This document shows, piece after piece, positions 1-9,437 of a DNA stretch of 21,663 nucleotides. This DNA comes from Candidatus Latescibacterota bacterium (GTDB taxonomy: Bacteria > Latescibacterota > UBA2968): NCBI GenBank assembly GCA_038279365.1, contig JAYODI010000094.1:1-21663 (forward strand), in the 5' to 3' direction. Position 1 is the stretch's first letter. Each line of letters starts with the position of its first letter. A program made the position numbers and the translations under genes. Below the pieces are notes generated by a model. The model had not been told where the DNA came from, made no database searches, and was given only the letters and a program-made list of their open reading frames with translations.

Positions 1-987
1 TCGGTTGCTGCAAGATCGATTCAGGAAAATCCTGCGCCTGTGTTGCGAAAGGGATCGCTCGCTGAAGCGGGCATCACTGCGACACATTTGAAAAATTTGG
101 AAGAGAAGTTGGATGCTTGGTATGATGAAGCGCAAGAGCCCACGGGCATTGTGGTTGCACGTAACGGTGTGATTGTTTTTGAAAAAGGATATGGCACATT
201 AGATGATGAACCTGTGACAGTGGATACACCGATGTTGCTTCATTCGGCGATGAAACCACTGATGGGTATTCAACTTGCGACATTTGTAGATCGTGGCTAC
301 GTGAAGCTGGATGAGCCGATGGGCAAGTATTTGGCAGATTTTAAGGGAGAAGCAGATCAGCGTTTGACGTTTCGTGCTGGACACGTGCACGCCACTGGGA
401 TTCATTTTCCTTGGTCGCTTGCTTTTTCGCGGTTGTTTTATTTTCACACATGGCATGAGAGTTTGATTGCACATTGTCAAAGAGAGTGGGCACCGGGTGC
501 AAAACATAGATATGGCGTTGTGGGCATTATTTTGGCGGTTCGGGCGATAGAATTGATGCGTGGGTTGAATTATTGGGATGCCATGGAACGGGATGTGTTT
601 GAGCCTTTGGGTATCAAAAATATATGGCCTGGGGGGACGGGATTTTCGGCGGAGAATTTGGCACGGATTGGTGTGTTGTTGGATAATCGGGGTCAGTATG
701 GCGATTGGGAACTGTTTTCTGAGGCGACCTATAAAGCGATTATACCCACGCCTTTAACGCCCTACTTTCCTAACATAGAGAAAACGTATGGCATTGGTTT
801 GCAAAGTTATGATGAGCGGTTGCGTGCGGGTAGTTATGGGCATATGGGTGGGTGTGGTACACACCTGATTGTTGATCCTGAAAAACATTTGGTTTTTGCG
901 ATGGTCAGAAATGGGCAGGGAGAAGATTATAAAAAACACTTGGCCGAGGTGATGACGATTTTACGGGATTGGGGGAATGATGAATAA
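1..987 (+). CDS. Serine hydrolase, beta-lactamase/PBP-like (AmpC-type) family; 5'-truncated by window edge
   Basis: Frame is open from base 1. SxxK motif (HSAMK), WAPGAKHRYG (the PG...Y segment), GSYGHMGG (HxG), and DPEKHLVFAMVRN C-terminal pattern. Confidence 0.85.
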   Translation, partial: SVAARSIQENPAPVLRKGSLAEAGITATHLKNLEEKLDAWYDEAQEPTGIVVARNGVIVFEKGYGTLDDEPVTVDTPMLLHSAMKPLMGIQLATFVDRGYVKLDEPMGKYLADFKGEADQRLTFRAGHVHATGIHFPWSLAFSRLFYFHTWHESLIAHCQREWAPGAKHRYGVVGIILAVRAIELMRGLNYWDAMERDVFEPLGIKNIWPGGTGFSAENLARIGVLLDNRGQYGDWELFSEATYKAIIPTPLTPYFPNIEKTYGIGLQSYDERLRAGSYGHMGGCGTHLIVDPEKHLVFAMVRNGQGEDYKKHLAEVMTILRDWGNDE

Positions 988-1016
988 CATGTGTAACAAA
1001 TATGGGGTAGGATGAT

Positions 1017-2333
1017 ATGCAAAAAGAAGACAGACCTAATATTCTCTTCATTATGACCGATCAGCAACATGCAGGTATGATGAGTTGTACGGGCAATCCA
1101 TGGTTGAAGACACCTGCGATGGACAGTTTGGCACTTGAGGGGATGCGTTTTGAGCGGGCGTATTGCACCAACCCTGTTTGTGTGCCCAGCCGAACAAGCA
1201 TGGCAACGGGTATGATGCCGGGGCGTGTTGGGGCATCAAATAATGGACCGGGTATGAAGATTGATGCGTTACCTGAAGATGTGGACAACCACTCGATGGG
1301 TAAGGTGATGAAACGTGCAGGCTATGATACGTTTTATGGTGGCAAGGTTCACATGTGTGATCCATTGAAACCTCTCCAGGCTGGGTATGATGTTTATGAT
1401 AAGGATGAGCGGGAAGGTTTGCCCGATGCGTGTCTTAAGTTTATGACACAAGATCGGGAAAAGCCTTTTTTTGCTGTGGCATCGTTTATTAACCCACATG
1501 ACATCTGTTTTGCGCATGTTGCACATTTGGGCAAGGATACACACAATGTGTTGTCGCTGTATCAAGAAGCATCGGCACTGCCTTTGGATCAGCTGCCACC
1601 ATTGCCAGAGAATTATGCGATTCCTGAAGGTGAGCCTGCCGATATTGAAGCGCATTTAGACCCCAATGCAATCACGCCCGCCATTACGATGCGCCAAGAA
1701 TATGATGAACGGTTGTGGCGGATGTATCGCTGGATTTATTGTCGGTTAACCGAGCAAGTGGATCAACATATTGGTCAGATTTTGGATGGGCTTAAAACAC
1801 ATGGCCTTGAAGACAATACGCTCATTATTTTTGTCAGTGATCATGGCAATATGGATGCCAGTCATCGGTTGTCTTCAAAAGGACTTTTGTATGAAGAGTC
1901 TGTGGGTGTGCCATTTATTATGAAATATAAGGGTGTTATTTTACCAATAAAAACAGATGCATCACACTTGATTTCTACTGGGCTTGATATTTTGCCAACA
2001 CTGTGCGATTATGCAGGTGTTGATGTGCCAGCGCATTTGTTGGGTAAGAGTGTTCGGGCATTGGCAGAGGGTAAGTCTGTTGATAATTGGCGGACGTATG
2101 TGGTCGCCGAGAATCATTGGAGCCGGATGATTTTGAGTGAACAATTTAAATATTGTGTTTATGGATTGGGTGAAGATCAAGCGTCTTTGGTTGATTTAGA
2201 AAACGATCCTGGTGAAATGCAAAATCTGATTCACGATGCACAATATCAAGATGTGTTGATGGCGCATCGCAAGCTTTTGGCAGAGTGGGTAGCATTGTCT
2301 GGTGATTTGGATGGGGCGCAATATCTACAGTGA
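1017..2333 (+). CDS. Formylglycine-dependent sulfatase (choline-sulfatase-like), cytoplasmic
   Basis: PNILFIMTDQ, CVPSR (CxPxR), GKVH, SDHG and DPGEMQNL motifs. No signal peptide seen. Confidence 0.93.
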   Translation: MQKEDRPNILFIMTDQQHAGMMSCTGNPWLKTPAMDSLALEGMRFERAYCTNPVCVPSRTSMATGMMPGRVGASNNGPGMKIDALPEDVDNHSMGKVMKRAGYDTFYGGKVHMCDPLKPLQAGYDVYDKDEREGLPDACLKFMTQDREKPFFAVASFINPHDICFAHVAHLGKDTHNVLSLYQEASALPLDQLPPLPENYAIPEGEPADIEAHLDPNAITPAITMRQEYDERLWRMYRWIYCRLTEQVDQHIGQILDGLKTHGLEDNTLIIFVSDHGNMDASHRLSSKGLLYEESVGVPFIMKYKGVILPIKTDASHLISTGLDILPTLCDYAGVDVPAHLLGKSVRALAEGKSVDNWRTYVVAENHWSRMILSEQFKYCVYGLGEDQASLVDLENDPGEMQNLIHDAQYQDVLMAHRKLLAEWVALSGDLDGAQYLQ

Positions 2334-2416
2334 GTGTATAAATAGGATTAGATCTTCGACGCATAACATATCGTGTTGAGAATATGAATGGTGTTTTAAC
2401 ATGCTTAGGAGGAATT

Positions 2417-3433
2417 ATGAAAGCCAAACAATTGTTTGTTGTTGAGCCAGGGCGCATTGAACTTCAGGATGTGGATGTTGATGAAACACTCAAACCGAAT
2501 GAGGCGTTGGTGAAGGCCGAATATTCGGTGGTGAGTGCTGGCACAGAAGGCGCGGGGTTTACGGGGTTGGTGAAGGAGATGCCTTTTGGTGATCAGGGGC
2601 AATATCCACGCACAACGGGTTATGGGCATTTGGGCGAAGTGTTGGCGGTGGGTGATGGGGTGACAATGTGCAAACCGGGTGACAGGGTGTTGAGTTTTTC
2701 GCGCCATGGGTCGGTGATTAAGGCCGATGCTGGGCGCATGGCTTTGCCTGTTTCTAAAGAGGCGGATGGCAAGCATTTGGTGTTTGCACGTATGGCAGGT
2801 GTGAGTATCAGTGCCTTGCGTTCCTCATCGGTGCAAGCAGGTGATACGGTGTTGGTGATTGGCATGGGGTTGGTGGGCAATTTTGCGGCGCAGTTGTTTC
2901 AAATGGCTGGGGCCGATGTGATGGCGGTGGATTTGTCGGATTTGCGTTTGGAAAAAGCAAAAGCGTGTGGCATTGAAAGAACGGTGAATCCCAACACTGA
3001 AGATTTGGAAAAAGCAGTGATGGATTGGACGGATGGCAAGGGTGTGCATGTGGCGGTGGAGGCGATTGGGATCAGTGAGGTGATCAATCAGGCGGTGATG
3101 TTGACACGGCGATATGGCGAAGTGATCTTGTTGGGCAGCCCACGGGCAAAAGCGACGTTTGATGTGACGCCGATGTTGTTGCGCATTCATTTGGAGGCCA
3201 TTCGCATGATTGGTTCTTTGGAATGGCGATGGCCCCAACACGAGGTGGATCGGGTGCGTGATATTACGACCAATTATCGCCAAATTGCCCATTGGATTGC
3301 TGAGGGGCGTTTGGTGGTTGACCCATTGTTGACACACTTGGCTTCACCTGCTGATTGTCAGGAGATTTATGAAGGGTTGACACAAAAGCAGGAGACATAT
3401 ATGTCGGCGGTGTTTGATTGGCGCCTTGTTTAA
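2417..3433 (+). CDS. Medium-chain dehydrogenase/reductase (alcohol dehydrogenase-like, SxGTE/GY type)
   Basis: AGGAGG SD before ATG 2417. GroES-like N-terminus (VSAGTE, TGYG, PGDRV) and Rossmann GMGLVG. Confidence 0.88.
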   Translation: MKAKQLFVVEPGRIELQDVDVDETLKPNEALVKAEYSVVSAGTEGAGFTGLVKEMPFGDQGQYPRTTGYGHLGEVLAVGDGVTMCKPGDRVLSFSRHGSVIKADAGRMALPVSKEADGKHLVFARMAGVSISALRSSSVQAGDTVLVIGMGLVGNFAAQLFQMAGADVMAVDLSDLRLEKAKACGIERTVNPNTEDLEKAVMDWTDGKGVHVAVEAIGISEVINQAVMLTRRYGEVILLGSPRAKATFDVTPMLLRIHLEAIRMIGSLEWRWPQHEVDRVRDITTNYRQIAHWIAEGRLVVDPLLTHLASPADCQEIYEGLTQKQETYMSAVFDWRLV

Positions 3434-3507
3434 TCGTTTGGGTTGATAATAGATGGTGTGTAGATGAATGACTCAGACAGTTTTAAATGATGTAAAGGAG
3501 TAAGAAC

Positions 3508-5751
3508 ATGCGGTTGTGTGGGTTCATTATTGTGTTTTTGGGTTTTTGTGTTGGGGCGAGTGCTGATCAGCCTGATGCGACCTTGCTTTTAAATGTTGGA
3601 TTTGAAGATTCGGCACAAATTGAAGCGGAATGGAGTTGGTGGTCACGAACAGATCAAGGGCGTGCTCAACGCGTTAAGGACGTGGTGCAAGGTGGCAAGC
3701 AGAGTATTTACATTGTGCATGACGGCGAGCGCGATTGGGCATTTTCCAATGGGGATCGATTTTCTGTGACACCTGGTGAAGGATTGCGTGTGTCGGCTTG
3801 GGTAAAAGTGCGTGAAGGGCATGTGATGTTGGCGCTTGTAGGGTTAAAGGAAGGCAAGACAAGATGGTGGGATATAGGATCTGCACGGCAAAATGCAAAT
3901 GATAAGTGGGAGAAGATAGAGGCCATTGTTGAGGTGCCCAGAGGGTGTGATGAAGTATATGCGCGTTTTGTGGGATTCGGTACGACGCTGGCATGGGTGG
4001 ATGATTTACAACTTGAGCACCATCAGATAGAACGAGGTGAACCCAAACCCAAGGTTGAGGGATTTGCACAGGTGCGTGTTCAGGAAAAATTAGATCGTGC
4101 TGTTGTTGCACGGCCTACGGATAATGGGATTTATGTGGGGTGGCGTTTGTTGCCGAGTGATTTGGCGGATGTTGGCTTTGATGTTTATCGGCAAATTGAA
4201 GGTGAGGCATATAAAAAGATTAATAATGCACCTGTTGTCAAAACGACGGATTTTTTGGATACAACGGCACCCAAGCACGGGCGAGTGGCCTATCGGGTTC
4301 AGACTGTTGGTGATAAGGCATTGGGTCGTTCTGTAGAGGTAGATAGTTTGGATTATATTCGTATTCCTTTACAAGGGACTTATGCGTTTCAGAAAATTGG
4401 TATTGCCGATTTGAATGGTGATGCGCAGTATGATTATGTGATCAAACAGCCTGGTGGCAATGTTGATCCATACTTCAGATATTGGAAACCAAGCCCTGAG
4501 ACATTTAAATTGGAAGCTTATCAGAGTACGGGTGACTTGATGTGGCAGAAAGATTTGGGGTGGGCGATTGAGCGTGGGATATGGTATTCGCCTTATGTGG
4601 TGTATGATTTTGATGGCGATGGTAAGGCTGAAGTCGCTGTGAAGATGGGAGAGGGTGATCCGCGCGATGCAGATGGTCGTGTGCAATCGGGGCCAGAGTA
4701 TTTGGCCATTTTGGATGGCGAGACGGGTAAGTTGGTGACGCGGATTGATTGGCCTTCACGCAGTTTGTTTGAGCATACATCGAGTCCTTATAATTACGCT
4801 TCGCGCAATCAGTTGGGTGTGGCCTATTTGGATGGCAAAACGCCACATTTGATTGTGGAACGCGGCACATATAATGTGATTGTGGTGGTGGCGTATGAAT
4901 ATCATAAGGGCGTATTGCGTGAGGTTTGGCGTTGGGACAATCGCACAATGCCTCGTCAGTATTCTGGGCAAGGTGCCCACTTTATGCATGCAGCCGATTT
5001 GGATGGCGATGGGCGCGATGAGGTGACGATTGGGTCGGTTGCTCTTGATGACAACGGTGAGAGTTTGTGGTCTCTTGGTTTGGGGCATCCCGATCATCAC
5101 TATGTGGGAGATATTGATCCAACGCGCCCGGGTCTTGAAATCTATTATGGCATTGAGACGCGCCAAGATGAGCGCAATGGCATGTGTTTGGTAGATGCAG
5201 CAACGGGTGAATTTTTGTGGGGGCATGAAGGATCAACACGCCATGTGCACAGTGTGGGCATGTGCAGTGATATTGATGCACGATATGTTGGGGCCGAGTG
5301 TTATTCGGCAGATACCGATGCACAAAAGAAGGCAGAACGCGCTTTTTTGCGAACGGCTTCAGGAGAGGTGATCAGCACAGAGTTGCGATGGCGTTTTGGA
5401 CCACAAACGGTGTATTGGGATGCTGACCCTCAGCGCGAGATTTTGTGGCGCCGACAGATATCTGATTTTGAGGGTGAGGTACACAAGGTTCACGTGGAAG
5501 GCCGTGTGATATTGGTGGCTGATATTTTGGGTGATTGGCGAGAAGAGGTTGTCACGTCTGTTAATGGTGAGTTGCGGGTTTATACCACGACCATTCCTGC
5601 AGAGGATCGCAGACCCTGTTTGATGACGGATCCTATTTATCGCATTGATGTGGCGCATGCGTCAATGGGATATACTCAGGTTCCGATGTTGAGTTATGAT
5701 ATGGCCAGTCAGGTGATACACAAGGGTGCCAAGAAGGTGGTCAATGATTGA
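3508..5751 (+). CDS. Secreted rhamnogalacturonan lyase-like protein (PL11, YesW/YesX-like) with N-terminal CBM-like domain
   Basis: AAGGAG SD and a Sec signal peptide (..GASA). EKLDRAVVA, VGWRLLPSD, GFDVYR, repeated DxDGDG Ca-binding loops, GQGAH, DILGDWREEV and CLMTDPIYR match PL11. The N-terminal NVGFE..VSAWVK..WVDD segment resembles a CBM4/9-type jelly roll. Confidence 0.85.
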   Translation: MRLCGFIIVFLGFCVGASADQPDATLLLNVGFEDSAQIEAEWSWWSRTDQGRAQRVKDVVQGGKQSIYIVHDGERDWAFSNGDRFSVTPGEGLRVSAWVKVREGHVMLALVGLKEGKTRWWDIGSARQNANDKWEKIEAIVEVPRGCDEVYARFVGFGTTLAWVDDLQLEHHQIERGEPKPKVEGFAQVRVQEKLDRAVVARPTDNGIYVGWRLLPSDLADVGFDVYRQIEGEAYKKINNAPVVKTTDFLDTTAPKHGRVAYRVQTVGDKALGRSVEVDSLDYIRIPLQGTYAFQKIGIADLNGDAQYDYVIKQPGGNVDPYFRYWKPSPETFKLEAYQSTGDLMWQKDLGWAIERGIWYSPYVVYDFDGDGKAEVAVKMGEGDPRDADGRVQSGPEYLAILDGETGKLVTRIDWPSRSLFEHTSSPYNYASRNQLGVAYLDGKTPHLIVERGTYNVIVVVAYEYHKGVLREVWRWDNRTMPRQYSGQGAHFMHAADLDGDGRDEVTIGSVALDDNGESLWSLGLGHPDHHYVGDIDPTRPGLEIYYGIETRQDERNGMCLVDAATGEFLWGHEGSTRHVHSVGMCSDIDARYVGAECYSADTDAQKKAERAFLRTASGEVISTELRWRFGPQTVYWDADPQREILWRRQISDFEGEVHKVHVEGRVILVADILGDWREEVVTSVNGELRVYTTTIPAEDRRPCLMTDPIYRIDVAHASMGYTQVPMLSYDMASQVIHKGAKKVVND

Positions 5752-5813
5752 GCGGTTGTGTGGTTCAATGGTAGTAGAAGCTAAAAAATAAAATAATGTA
5801 ACGGGAGTTGATT

Positions 5814-5860
5814 ATAGGGCCAATTTGGATATCATGATACCAAGGGCCCTATTTTTTTAT
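5814..5860 (+). terminator. Probable intrinsic terminator
   Basis: ATAGGGCC (5814-5821) pairs with GGCCCTAT (5845-5852), with inner TTGG/CCAA pairing, followed by a T run. Confidence 0.65.
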
Positions 5861-5883
5861 TCCTTTTTGGAGTCAATAAACGC

Positions 5884-6750
5884 ATGACCAAACCAGATTT
5901 TTATGCACTGATAACCTTGCCCATCATTGTGTTGATGGGGTTGGGTGTTGCTTTTGCTGGGGGCCAAAATGGGTTTTCTGTTTTTGGCGTTTCGGTGTTT
6001 GTTTTTTGTGTTGGTTTGGTTTTTGTGATTCAGTGGGTTGCTTTTATACCGGCTTACCTGACACAGAGTGAGCGCTTTTTCGATTTGGTTGGCGGTTTTA
6101 CTTATATTTTGGTGATTGCTCTGTCTGTATTTTTGAGTGCTGTAATGGATGGTCGCTCTTTGTTGCTTTTGACGTTGGTGGTTGTTTGGGCAGGGCGGTT
6201 GGGTTTGTTTTTGTTTCGACGCATTCATAAAGCGGGAAGGGATGATCGTTTTGATGAGATTAAAGTGTCTTTTGTTCGATTCTTGAATGCTTGGACTTTG
6301 CAAGGATTGTGGGTGGCCTTTACATTGGCTGCAGCATTGGGAGCTGTGACCACAACGATGCGAAAAGAATTGGATGGATTAGCGGTTGTTGGTTTTTTGA
6401 TTTGGTTGTTTGGGTTTGTGATTGAGGTGGTGGCAGATGATCAGAAGAGTCGATTTCGAGAAGACCCAAAAAATAAGGGTAAATTTATACAATCGGGTTT
6501 GTGGTCGAAGTCGCGTCATCCCAATTATTTTGGCGAGATTGTGTTGTGGATTGGTGTGGCGGTGATTGCATTGCCGGTATTGCAGGGGTGGCAATGGGTC
6601 ACACTGATTTCACCTGTTTTTGTAGCGGTGTTGATTACAAAAGTGAGTGGTATTCCGATGTTGGAAAAAAAGGCGGATAAAAAATGGGGTGGACAAAGTG
6701 ATTATGAGGCCTATAAAGCGAAAACACCTATATTGATTTTGTGGCCTTAG
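5884..6750 (+). CDS. DUF1295 family membrane protein (steroid 5-alpha-reductase-like)
   Basis: Multiple TM segments; DDRF, ADDQK, GLWSKSRHPNYFGE and SGIPMLE motifs; GGAG SD. Confidence 0.9.
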   Translation: MTKPDFYALITLPIIVLMGLGVAFAGGQNGFSVFGVSVFVFCVGLVFVIQWVAFIPAYLTQSERFFDLVGGFTYILVIALSVFLSAVMDGRSLLLLTLVVVWAGRLGLFLFRRIHKAGRDDRFDEIKVSFVRFLNAWTLQGLWVAFTLAAALGAVTTTMRKELDGLAVVGFLIWLFGFVIEVVADDQKSRFREDPKNKGKFIQSGLWSKSRHPNYFGEIVLWIGVAVIALPVLQGWQWVTLISPVFVAVLITKVSGIPMLEKKADKKWGGQSDYEAYKAKTPILILWP

Positions 6751-6827
6751 ATGTTGTGTGTAAAGACGTTTTGTTTTTAAAGGGTTTTGACGTTTTGTTG
6801 TGTTGGCATGATACGTTGGTCAAATAT

Positions 6828-6869
6828 AAAGGGGTGAGCATCTGAGAGTGCTTGCCCTTTTTTTCTTTT
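6828..6869 (+). terminator. Probable intrinsic terminator
   Basis: AAAGGGGTGAGCA pairs with TGCTTGCCCTTT (includes G-U pairs), followed by TTTTCTTTT. Confidence 0.7.
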
Positions 6870-6936
6870 GGCAGTAAAATGACACCCACAATACGGTTAT
6901 TTCGATTTAAGTATCAAATAATGTGAGAGGTTGACT

Positions 6937-8217
6937 ATGAGTGATGTAAAAATACGTGATGTAAAAGCTATTTTGACCCAGCCCCCTCGTGGCGGGCGGT
7001 TTACGGTTGTGAAGATTGAAACCACGGAGCCTGGGTTGTATGGTTTGGGCGATGCATCTTATCGGACGCGTCCTTTGGCGGTGAAGTCTGCGATTGTGGA
7101 TTATTTGCGCCCGTTTTTGATTGGCAAATCTGTTAAAAATATTGAAGATATTTGGCAGTCGGCATATGTGTCTTCTTATTGGCGCAACGGGCCTGTACTC
7201 AACAATGCTTTAGGTGGTGTGGATGAAGCCTTGTGGGATATTAAGGGCAAAATGGCGGGGATGCCTGTTTATGATTTGCTTGGCGGGAAGGCACGAGAAG
7301 CGGCGGCACTTTATGCCCATGCCAGTGGGAGCAGTTTACAAGAAACAGAAGAGAAAGCGTTTGAATTGTTGGAACGCGGTTTTCATTATATTCGGTTGCA
7401 AACGGCCACACCAGGTTTTGCGACGTATGGTTCGCGCAGTGGGGGAGATCGTGACCCAAATGATGGGCCAAAGTGGATTGCGACCAATGTGGACCCGGCA
7501 GATCAAGAACATGCGTGGGCACAACAAGCGGGCATTTTTGAACCGATGCCTTATATGCGTTCTGCCATTGAGATGATGGCGCATATGCGCAATAAGATGG
7601 GGTGGAAGGTTGAATTTTTGCACGATGCCCATGAGCGTTTGCCTGCCATTCAGGCTGTGCAGTTTGCCAAAGAGATGGAACCGTTTAAGTTGTTCTTTTT
7701 GGAAGATTTGTTCACACCTGGGCAGGTCGATTGGTTTAAACGTGTGCGTGAGCAGTGTGCCACACCGCTGTCTATGGGTGAGATTATCAACAACCCGCTT
7801 GAGATTGTGCCTCTGGTGGATCAACGGTTGATTGATTTTATTCGGTTGCGTGTGGCGCATATTGGAGGTATTACACCTGCACGAAAGTATGCGGCACACG
7901 GGGAGATGTATGGTGTGCGCACGGCTTTTCAGGGACCGGGCAATATTTCGCCAGTGGGTGTGGCGGCACACTTGCATTTGGATTTGGCCATTTCTAACTT
8001 TGGTATTCAGGAGTCATCGGAGCATCCCGAAAGTTTGGCGGAGATTTTTCCGGGCATGCCCACGGTTCGAGATGGGTATATGTGGGCCAATGACAAACCT
8101 GGGTTGGGAATCGATATAGATGAAGAAGCGGCTTTAAAATTCCCTCATGATCCAACACCAAAAAGTGGTGCATTTGACAATGTAAGACGGGCAGATGGTA
8201 CGGTGGTAACACCTTAA
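6937..8217 (+). CDS. Enolase-superfamily acid-sugar dehydratase, RspA/ManD-like
   Basis: GAGAGG SD. YWRNGPV, ALWDIKGK..GMPVY, HDAHER, FFLED, MGE (metal ligands D/E/E), PGLGIDIDE and RRADGT motifs. Confidence 0.9.
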   Translation: MSDVKIRDVKAILTQPPRGGRFTVVKIETTEPGLYGLGDASYRTRPLAVKSAIVDYLRPFLIGKSVKNIEDIWQSAYVSSYWRNGPVLNNALGGVDEALWDIKGKMAGMPVYDLLGGKAREAAALYAHASGSSLQETEEKAFELLERGFHYIRLQTATPGFATYGSRSGGDRDPNDGPKWIATNVDPADQEHAWAQQAGIFEPMPYMRSAIEMMAHMRNKMGWKVEFLHDAHERLPAIQAVQFAKEMEPFKLFFLEDLFTPGQVDWFKRVREQCATPLSMGEIINNPLEIVPLVDQRLIDFIRLRVAHIGGITPARKYAAHGEMYGVRTAFQGPGNISPVGVAAHLHLDLAISNFGIQESSEHPESLAEIFPGMPTVRDGYMWANDKPGLGIDIDEEAALKFPHDPTPKSGAFDNVRRADGTVVTP

Positions 8218-8255
8218 CGGGTATTTTAGAATTAACATTTAAGGAGAGCAGATTG

Positions 8256-9341
8256 ATGACGCCATGGATGGAACCGATTCGGGATGCCAGTGTGTGGACG
8301 GGTGACGATTTGGAAAAGGATCGGTCTTGGGAATTTGTTTTGGATGAACAGCACAAGGCAGAGTTGGCACAGGCATTGACACAAGTGAATAAAGATGGTT
8401 TGTCATTGGTTGAAATAACAAAAGAAAATTTCCCATTGTCGGTATTGGGTGATGTGCTTCAACGGCTTCAGGAAGAACTGATCAAAGGCAAAGGTTTTGC
8501 TTTGCTTCGTGGAGTGCCCACAGAAGGGTATGATCTGAAAGATTTAGAAAAAATATATTGGGGATTATGCACCTACTTGGGCACGGGTGTGACACAAAAT
8601 AGTGAAGCGGGTTTGATCCATTATGTAACCGATGGCAAATTGCGCCCACAACAAGGAACGCGTGGTGTGGGCAACCCTGGCCCTGTGGGGTTGCATGTGG
8701 ATTTAACAGATTGTGTGGCTCTTTTTTGTGTGCGTCAGGCACCCGATGATCCACACAGTTTGGTTGCCAGTTCGATGACGCTATATAATGAAATTCTTAA
8801 GCAACACCCTGAGTGGTTACCTCGATTGTATGAGGGTTTTATATGGAATCGGGCAAATGAAGAAGGGCAAGGTGAGACGCCTGTGTCAAATTATAAGGTG
8901 CCTGCATTTAGCGAAGTGGATGGTGTGGTGACTTGTCGTTTTAATGGGCATTGGATTAAGGCAGGTTTGGAGCGCATGGGTGAGACCCTTACAGAAGAAG
9001 AAGCTGAGATTTTTGATTTTATCAGCAAAACAGCGGCAGAAAATAGTTTTGCTTTTCCTTTGCACAAAGGAGAGATTGCTTTTTGCAACAATTACACGGT
9101 TTTTCATGGCCGAGAGGGGCACGCGCCTATTGAAGATGAAGAACAAAAAAGGGTGCTGTTGCGCATTTGGATGGATTTGCCCAATGTGCGCCCATTTGCA
9201 GATGAAGGGCGTATTCGGTATGGCGTTGTGCGCCATGGTAACTTGGGGTGGACCGCCAAAGATTTGCTGATGGGTAAAAACAGTATGCCGCACCGTCGTC
9301 GTATGGATGGTGTGCCAGAAGTCAATGAACCCATTATGTAA
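8256..9341 (+). CDS. TauD/TfdA family Fe(II)/2-oxoglutarate dioxygenase
   Basis: AAGGAG SD (start is TTG 8253 or ATG 8256). GKGFALLRG, HVD (HxD), NNYTVFHGR and RVLLRIW motifs. Confidence 0.88.
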   Translation: MTPWMEPIRDASVWTGDDLEKDRSWEFVLDEQHKAELAQALTQVNKDGLSLVEITKENFPLSVLGDVLQRLQEELIKGKGFALLRGVPTEGYDLKDLEKIYWGLCTYLGTGVTQNSEAGLIHYVTDGKLRPQQGTRGVGNPGPVGLHVDLTDCVALFCVRQAPDDPHSLVASSMTLYNEILKQHPEWLPRLYEGFIWNRANEEGQGETPVSNYKVPAFSEVDGVVTCRFNGHWIKAGLERMGETLTEEEAEIFDFISKTAAENSFAFPLHKGEIAFCNNYTVFHGREGHAPIEDEEQKRVLLRIWMDLPNVRPFADEGRIRYGVVRHGNLGWTAKDLLMGKNSMPHRRRMDGVPEVNEPIM

Positions 9342-9369
9342 TCCTTTTTATGTTTTTTTATGAGACAAG

Positions 9370-9417
9370 AGTAAAAATCCACAGAAAGGGTCATTTTGTC
9401 TTCTGTGGATTTTTACT
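9370..9417. terminator. Perfect 17-bp inverted repeat (terminator or regulatory hairpin)
   Basis: AGTAAAAATCCACAGAA (9370-9386) and TTCTGTGGATTTTTACT (9401-9417), with a 14-nt loop. Confidence 0.7.
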
Positions 9418-9437
9418 ATTTATCTTTGAGGTTATGG

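Noticed and set aside
1-987. Bona fide antibiotic-resistance beta-lactamase
   Set aside because: Only the general serine-hydrolase fold motifs are present (YGV rather than YxN, HMG rather than KTG); an esterase- or peptidase-like function is at least as likely.
6787-6817. Sigma70 promoter TTGACG...TACGTT
   Set aside because: The spacing is 19 bp with a weak -10, and it lies upstream of a terminator-like hairpin; not enough support.
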